A stretch of 32,000 nt of DNA from Xylanibacter ruminicola 23. Lineage in GTDB: Bacteria; Bacteroidota; Bacteroidia; Bacteroidales; Bacteroidaceae. A program made the translations under genes and the position numbers. The notes below the pieces were generated by a model. It was not told where the DNA came from. It saw nothing but the letters and a program-made list of their open reading frames with translations, and ran no database searches. The DNA lies in assembly GCF_000025925.1 (NCBI RefSeq), contig NC_014033.1:1650001-1682000 (forward strand). Direction: 5' to 3'. Shown here piece by piece: positions 28,204-32,000 of the stretch (positions within the stretch are counted from its first letter, which is position 1; each line of letters begins with the position of its first letter).

Positions 28204-28240
28204 TTTTAAATGTTAAATCTATAAATTTATATTAGTGCAG

Positions 28241-28371
28241 GTTAGTGCGTACTGCAGTGCGCAAATAAACGTACAGCAATACGCCAGTAAGCGTACTGCA
28301 GTGCGGAAGGCGGCATACTGTAGTACGGATTAGCCGCACTACATGCGGAAACATGCCGTACTACTCGTTGA
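28241..28371. repeat. Array of six degenerate ~22-bp tandem repeats with an imperfect 16-bp palindromic core (GCGTAC-TGCA-GTGCGC)
   Basis: Cores are GCGTACTGCAGTGCGC (28246), ACGTACAGCAATACGC (28268), GCGTACTGCAGTGCGG (28290), GCATACTGTAGTACGG (28312), CCGCACTACATGCGG (28333) and CCGTACTACTCG (28355). Start-to-start spacing is 22, 22, 22, 21, 22. The array is a GC-rich island in AT-rich intergenic DNA. Confidence 0.8.
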
Positions 28372-28384
28372 GACTATCTCAGCA

Positions 28385-28816
28385 CTAATCGTTCCAATTA
28401 TAAAGCTGCTCATAGGCATCGAAGCCGAGGTGCTGCATGCCGATTTCCTTCAGAACATTCTTTATGATCATTATATCCTTGGGCGAACAAAGCCTCTCCC
28501 CTCGCCTACGTTCGAAATATCCCGTACGACCGAATTTACCTTGAAGTCTGCATGAGAACGTCTTATATTGCCTTGGCAACATCTCTTCCTGCATCTTTGC
28601 AAATCCACGAGCAAATGTCTGAGGCTCGTCTGAACGGTAGAATTCGCACTTTTCCGATGGTTCCGTAAATAAGGGATTCACTATTTGCACTATCTTGTAT
28701 TTCTTGGTTAGCACATTCGTGGCCATTTGACGAAGACAGTGAGCGGCCATCGGACAGTCAGACTTGATACAAAGTGTATAATAGTCTGGTACTTCTTTAC
28801 TACTGATTGTATTCAT
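28385..28816 (-). CDS. Small Cys-rich protein of unknown function, paralog B (143 aa)
   Basis: Homologous by eye to the ORF at 14521-14955: LCIKSDCPMAAHCL, VNP, KCEFY, GYFERRRGERLCSPKD, YEQLYNW. It starts 9 nt after the stop of the upstream 280-aa ORF, so the two are probably co-transcribed. Confidence 0.75.
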   Translation of the reverse strand: MNTISSKEVPDYYTLCIKSDCPMAAHCLRQMATNVLTKKYKIVQIVNPLFTEPSEKCEFYRSDEPQTFARGFAKMQEEMLPRQYKTFSCRLQGKFGRTGYFERRRGERLCSPKDIMIIKNVLKEIGMQHLGFDAYEQLYNWND

Positions 28817-28825
28817 ATTTGTTGA

Positions 28826-29668
28826 TTATTTAAATACTTGCGGTTTACATATCGGCACCTCCATACGCCGTATTTTTAGTTCATGAGCCTCAGTTATATT
28901 TCGCTGCATAAACTTTACAGAGAAATAGTTCATAACCCATTTCAATATGGCATCACTTTCCCAGTTCTCAATACCAACTCGTCGGGCTATGTGATGCGTT
29001 ACTTTTTCGTCTAGATAGAAAAGCAAATCCTCCTTGGCGACATATTCTGGCACCCTGTACTTTCTAGCATAGGCTTGGGTAAATTCACCGAAATAACGAT
29101 TATAATAGGCTTCGTTTAAAAATAACGTCATAAATCCTTTATGTATGCGTTTAAGAGCCTCATCGCTTGCTTCTACATGAAACTTAGGCACGTTACCAGC
29201 CAATAACATATGCATATTGATACCATGACGATGTTGACGCTGATTCTCAGAGATCTTGTCGCGATCGTTATCGTTGGCCAATGCATTGGCCTTACAATCG
29301 AATATCTCGTATGGTATAGCCGGCTCTTCAATCTCCTGGCTTGGCAAAGCCACAAAACGGTCACCCACCAAGGGCGACATAAACGCATCCATCTGATGCG
29401 TTTCTCTGTTACGAACGATACGAAAAGCTTCAGCTTTCTCTATCAGTTCTATTAGTTCCGAATCTTGCTTGAACCCGAGCGCCTTGCGCAGTTTATTAAA
29501 GTGCATGCGAGTATAGGCCAACGTTACATCGTCCATATACTCGTAAGCCCCATCGAAAAGATATTTAATCTTTCCGATTTCCGACCACGAAAGTTTATGA
29601 GCGCGCCAGTGGCGATTATAGCTGCGGGCGCTCGTAGCAGCTATAGCCATATCCGTTTTATGTCTCAT
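28826..29668 (-). CDS. Hypothetical protein (280 aa), no family recognised
   Basis: Long ORF with ordinary, non-repetitive composition, no signal peptide and no TM segment. Tightly coupled to the downstream paralog B gene. Confidence 0.65.
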   Translation of the reverse strand: MRHKTDMAIAATSARSYNRHWRAHKLSWSEIGKIKYLFDGAYEYMDDVTLAYTRMHFNKLRKALGFKQDSELIELIEKAEAFRIVRNRETHQMDAFMSPLVGDRFVALPSQEIEEPAIPYEIFDCKANALANDNDRDKISENQRQHRHGINMHMLLAGNVPKFHVEASDEALKRIHKGFMTLFLNEAYYNRYFGEFTQAYARKYRVPEYVAKEDLLFYLDEKVTHHIARRVGIENWESDAILKWVMNYFSVKFMQRNITEAHELKIRRMEVPICKPQVFK

Positions 29669-29690
29669 CGATTAATTTTTATTTATTGAT

Positions 29691-29729
29691 TAGGCCCTAT
29701 TTATAGGATAGGGCCTATCGTATAGGCCT
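29691..29729. repeat. GC-rich inverted repeat TAGGCCCTAT / ATAGGGCCTA plus a third partial copy
   Basis: Perfect 10-bp arms at 29691-29700 and 29708-29717 with the 7-nt loop TTATAGG. TATAGGCCT recurs at 29721-29729. The element lies in the divergent intergenic region, 23 nt upstream of the ATG at 29668. Confidence 0.6.
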
Positions 29730-29856
29730 TTAAAGAAAAGTTCGGTATTTCCCGAAGTTGATTATCTGGCTACAAATATACACATTTTCTATGAAACCAC
29801 CAAATAATCTTCCACATTTTTTGGATAATTCAAAGAAAAAAACTACCTTTGCAGCA

Positions 29857-30735
29857 ATGATACATTATATACGACTTATACGCCCGTTGCAGTGGCTCAA
29901 AAACGTGTTTGTATTTGCGCCCATTTTCTTCAGTACCAACCTGCTGAAGCCGGAATTCTTCTGGCCCACATTGATGGTGTTTGCATCGTTCTGTTTGATA
30001 TCGAGTTCTATATACTGCTTTAACGATCTGAAGGATGTAGAGGCCGATCGTCAGCACCCAAAGAAATGTCACCGCCCCATTGCGTCAGGCAAAGTTTCAG
30101 TGATGGGAGGCTATGTGATGATGCTACTATGTACCATTGGTGCATTAGCCATTCTGCCATTGGCAGAGAGTCCTAATACGCCTTACCTCTATGCCATCAT
30201 TATTGGTTATTGGCTGATGAATATCGGCTATTGTCTGAAGTTGAAGCAGTTTGCTATCCTCGACGTATCGATTATAGCCATAGGTTTTGTGATGCGCGTA
30301 TTAGCTGGAGGTATCGCAACGGATATCTACATATCGCACTGGTTGGTGATGATGACTTTCCTAGTCACACTGTTCTTAGCCTTCACCAAACGTAATGACG
30401 ATTATCGTATCTATGAGCAGACAGGCACCAAGCCTCGCGTATCAATCACAGGCTACAACAAGACCTTTATCAACGAGGCTACAGCCATCATTGCCTCTGT
30501 AACATTGGTGTGCTATATCATGTACACCATGTCGCCAGAGGTGATTCATCGCTTAGGCACCCGTTATGTTTACCTCACGTCAGGCTGGGTATTAGCTGGT
30601 TTACTACGCTATCTGCAGAATATGATTGTGTTCGGATTGAGTGGCAGTCCTACCAAATCTTTGGTAAAAGACCATTTCGTGCAATTCTGTATCCTGGGCT
30701 GGATAGCCTCATTCTTTGTAATTATCTATCTGTAA
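29857..30735 (+). CDS. UbiA-family prenyl/phosphoribosyltransferase (decaprenyl-phosphate phosphoribosyltransferase-like)
   Basis: The start MIHYIRLIRPLQWLKNVFVFAPIFFS at 29857 is preferred over the GTG-initiated track start at 29758. NDLKDVEADRQHPKKCHRPIASG is the characteristic Asp-rich motif of this UbiA subgroup. About 8 TM helices. TACCTTTG lies at 29844-29851, just upstream. Confidence 0.85.
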   Translation: MIHYIRLIRPLQWLKNVFVFAPIFFSTNLLKPEFFWPTLMVFASFCLISSSIYCFNDLKDVEADRQHPKKCHRPIASGKVSVMGGYVMMLLCTIGALAILPLAESPNTPYLYAIIIGYWLMNIGYCLKLKQFAILDVSIIAIGFVMRVLAGGIATDIYISHWLVMMTFLVTLFLAFTKRNDDYRIYEQTGTKPRVSITGYNKTFINEATAIIASVTLVCYIMYTMSPEVIHRLGTRYVYLTSGWVLAGLLRYLQNMIVFGLSGSPTKSLVKDHFVQFCILGWIASFFVIIYL

Positions 30736-30736
30736 G

Positions 30737-31372
30737 ATGAAGAAGAAAGAAAGATACGACCTGATTCTGGAGCATTTCCGCGAGAAAATGCCGTTAGTAA
30801 CTACCGAGTTAGATTTCGGTAGTACCTTCCAACTGTTAGTAGCTGTGGTGCTGAGTGCGCAGTGTACGGATAAACGCATCAATCAGGTAACGCCCGATTT
30901 GTTTGCCCACTACCCTGACGCTCAGTCGATGGCAAAGGCTGAAGAAGAGGACATCTTTGAATGGATAAGGAGTGTATCGTATCCTAACGCCAAAGCAAAA
31001 CACTTGGTAGAAATGGCAAGGGTGCTAATGGAGAAGTTTAATGGCGAAGTACCCAGTACACTCGACGAACTGCTAACACTGCCTGGTGTTGGCCGCAAAA
31101 CAGCAAATGTGATTCAGAGTGTAGCTTTCGGCAAAGCCACCTTAGCCGTCGACACACATGTATTCCGTGTAGCACATCGACTTGGCTTGGTAAGCAAAAG
31201 CGATAATACCCCTTATAAAGTAGAAATGGCGCTCACGAAGTATATCCCCGAAGAGGATATACCTAATGCCCACCACTGGCTGCTACTACATGGACGCTAT
31301 GTTTGCACAGCGAGGAAACCTCACTGTGAGAAATGCGAAATAGAAAAATACTGTGCTAAGATTATTTCTTAG
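30737..31372 (+). CDS. nth: Endonuclease III (DNA-(apurinic/apyrimidinic site) lyase / DNA glycosylase)
   Basis: The HhH-GPD region is LLTLPGVGRKTANVI with a downstream catalytic Asp (VDTHV). The C-terminal 4Fe-4S ligand pattern is C-x6-C-x2-C-x5-C (CTARKPHCEKCEIEKYC). It starts 1 nt after the UbiA-family stop. Confidence 0.95.
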   Translation: MKKKERYDLILEHFREKMPLVTTELDFGSTFQLLVAVVLSAQCTDKRINQVTPDLFAHYPDAQSMAKAEEEDIFEWIRSVSYPNAKAKHLVEMARVLMEKFNGEVPSTLDELLTLPGVGRKTANVIQSVAFGKATLAVDTHVFRVAHRLGLVSKSDNTPYKVEMALTKYIPEEDIPNAHHWLLLHGRYVCTARKPHCEKCEIEKYCAKIIS

Positions 31373-31799
31373 GAGCGTTACGCTGCTGACCTAACTTGCG
31401 GAAAGCACGACGATGGAATTTATCCTCGGCAATAATCGTTCCAATTACTTTTGAAGCAGGCAATACACGTAAGAACTTATTATGATAGGTCTGAGCTATC
31501 TGCTTCAACTCAATCTCCAACTGGTCGCGACGCTGTACAGCACGCTTGCACGAAGCCTCATCATGGGGCAACTTAAAGAGTTCATGCATCTTATTATAAA
31601 CTACACGCTGCTTCTGTTGCATCTCACGATACAATGGAAAGAACTTAGCGGCCTCTTCGTTAGTCAAACCAGCTTCGGTAGTGATATACTGCTCTAAGTC
31701 AGCCTGGAACTTCTCAGGAGAGAACTTCTGCTGTTCCTCGGCTGAAGCACCAAGCGCAACCACAAACATCAATACTGCGAATACAAGTAGTTTTTTCAT
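31362..31799 (-). CDS. Secreted/periplasmic hypothetical protein, predicted helical
   Basis: The signal peptide is MKKLLVFAVLMFVVALGASA, followed by a charged, helix-prone sequence. The 3' end overlaps the nth 3' end by 11 nt in convergent orientation. Confidence 0.65.
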   Translation of the reverse strand: MKKLLVFAVLMFVVALGASAEEQQKFSPEKFQADLEQYITTEAGLTNEEAAKFFPLYREMQQKQRVVYNKMHELFKLPHDEASCKRAVQRRDQLEIELKQIAQTYHNKFLRVLPASKVIGTIIAEDKFHRRAFRKLGQQRNAPKK

Positions 31800-31812
31800 C
31801 TTTCAAATACTT

Positions 31813-32000
31813 TTAATTTTCAGCTAAGTAAGCATAGATTTCGTGATTATCGAGCATCATGTAGTCAACAGCCTCATCCATATATTCGCTACTGGCATCC
31901 TGTTGCTGAGGCTGAACTGCGGTCTGAGCCTGTATGCTATCAGACGAAACGGCATCATTTGCCTGCCACATCCAGACAGCACCTGCTACCAACAAAGCAC
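31813..32000 (-). CDS. Hypothetical protein, 5' end beyond window; hydrophobic segment followed by an acidic/Gln-rich tail
   Basis: The reading frame is open to the window edge (..ALLVAGAVWMW then QANDAVSSDSIQAQTAVQPQQQD...). The TTG start in the track is probably internal. It ends 13 nt upstream of the next gene, consistent with an operon. Confidence 0.45.
   Translation of the reverse strand, partial: ALLVAGAVWMWQANDAVSSDSIQAQTAVQPQQQDASSEYMDEAVDYMMLDNHEIYAYLAEN

Noticed and set aside
28162-28204. 7-bp inverted repeat ATTTGGG / CCCAAAT flanking the -7 box of the giant gene's promoter, considered as an invertible (phase-variable) promoter
   Set aside because: The arms are far shorter and the enclosed segment (29 nt) far smaller than known Bacteroidales invertible promoters. 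The right arm is simply part of the -33 element, and no site-specific recombinase gene is nearby.
28241-28371. Possibility that the 22-bp repeat array is a CRISPR array
   Set aside because: The units abut one another with no unique spacers, the repeats are degenerate, the unit length is too short, and no cas genes or leader are present in the window.
29758-29856. 33-codon N-terminal extension of the UbiA-family ORF, and the TTG starts at 14467, 9664 and 31995
   Set aside because: The extensions start at non-ATG codons (GTG at 29758, TTG elsewhere), overlap predicted promoter boxes or lack similarity to paralogs. Internal ATGs give canonical N-termini (lipoprotein signal, UbiA first helix).
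31362-31372. 11-nt convergent overlap of the nth and 145-aa ORF 3' ends
   Set aside because: Short convergent 3' overlaps are common and have no obvious functional implication. It is noted only as a coordinate check.

Overview
The window looks like a Bacteroidales chromosome, probably Prevotella/Segatella-like. This is inferred from repeated TTTG / TAnnTTTG promoter boxes, absent Shine-Dalgarno sites, BACON domains, lipobox lipoproteins and a T9SS C-terminal sorting domain. From left to right it contains seven blocks. (1) The distal end of a minus-strand surface-polysaccharide modification operon: a GT2 glycosyltransferase, a TupA-like ATP-grasp amidoligase and three family-3 acyltransferases. 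One acyltransferase has an in-frame TGA and one is cut by the window edge. (2) A membrane-anchored alpha/beta-hydrolase. (3) A three-gene operon of paralogous LruC-domain (DUF4842-like) lipoproteins, each preceded by a conserved AT-rich palindrome. (4) A lone VapE/VirE-type P-loop primase-helicase-like gene. (5) A convergent surface-protein module. Two paralogous ~145-aa Cys-rich proteins of unknown function each sit upstream of a large surface protein. One partner is a 676-aa BACON x5 + Big_2 lipoprotein. The other is a 3,679-aa BspA-type leucine-rich-repeat protein with a T9SS C-terminal domain and an internal 2 x 1.5-kb tandem duplication. (6) Housekeeping genes: a UbiA-family phosphoribosyl/prenyltransferase and endonuclease III. 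(7) Two small envelope-type ORFs. The most interesting non-coding signals are an array of six phased 22-bp repeats with a palindromic core just upstream of the giant gene's promoter, and twin perfect 15-bp palindromes 22 bp apart upstream of the other paralog. All family assignments come from motif recognition by eye; no database search was run.
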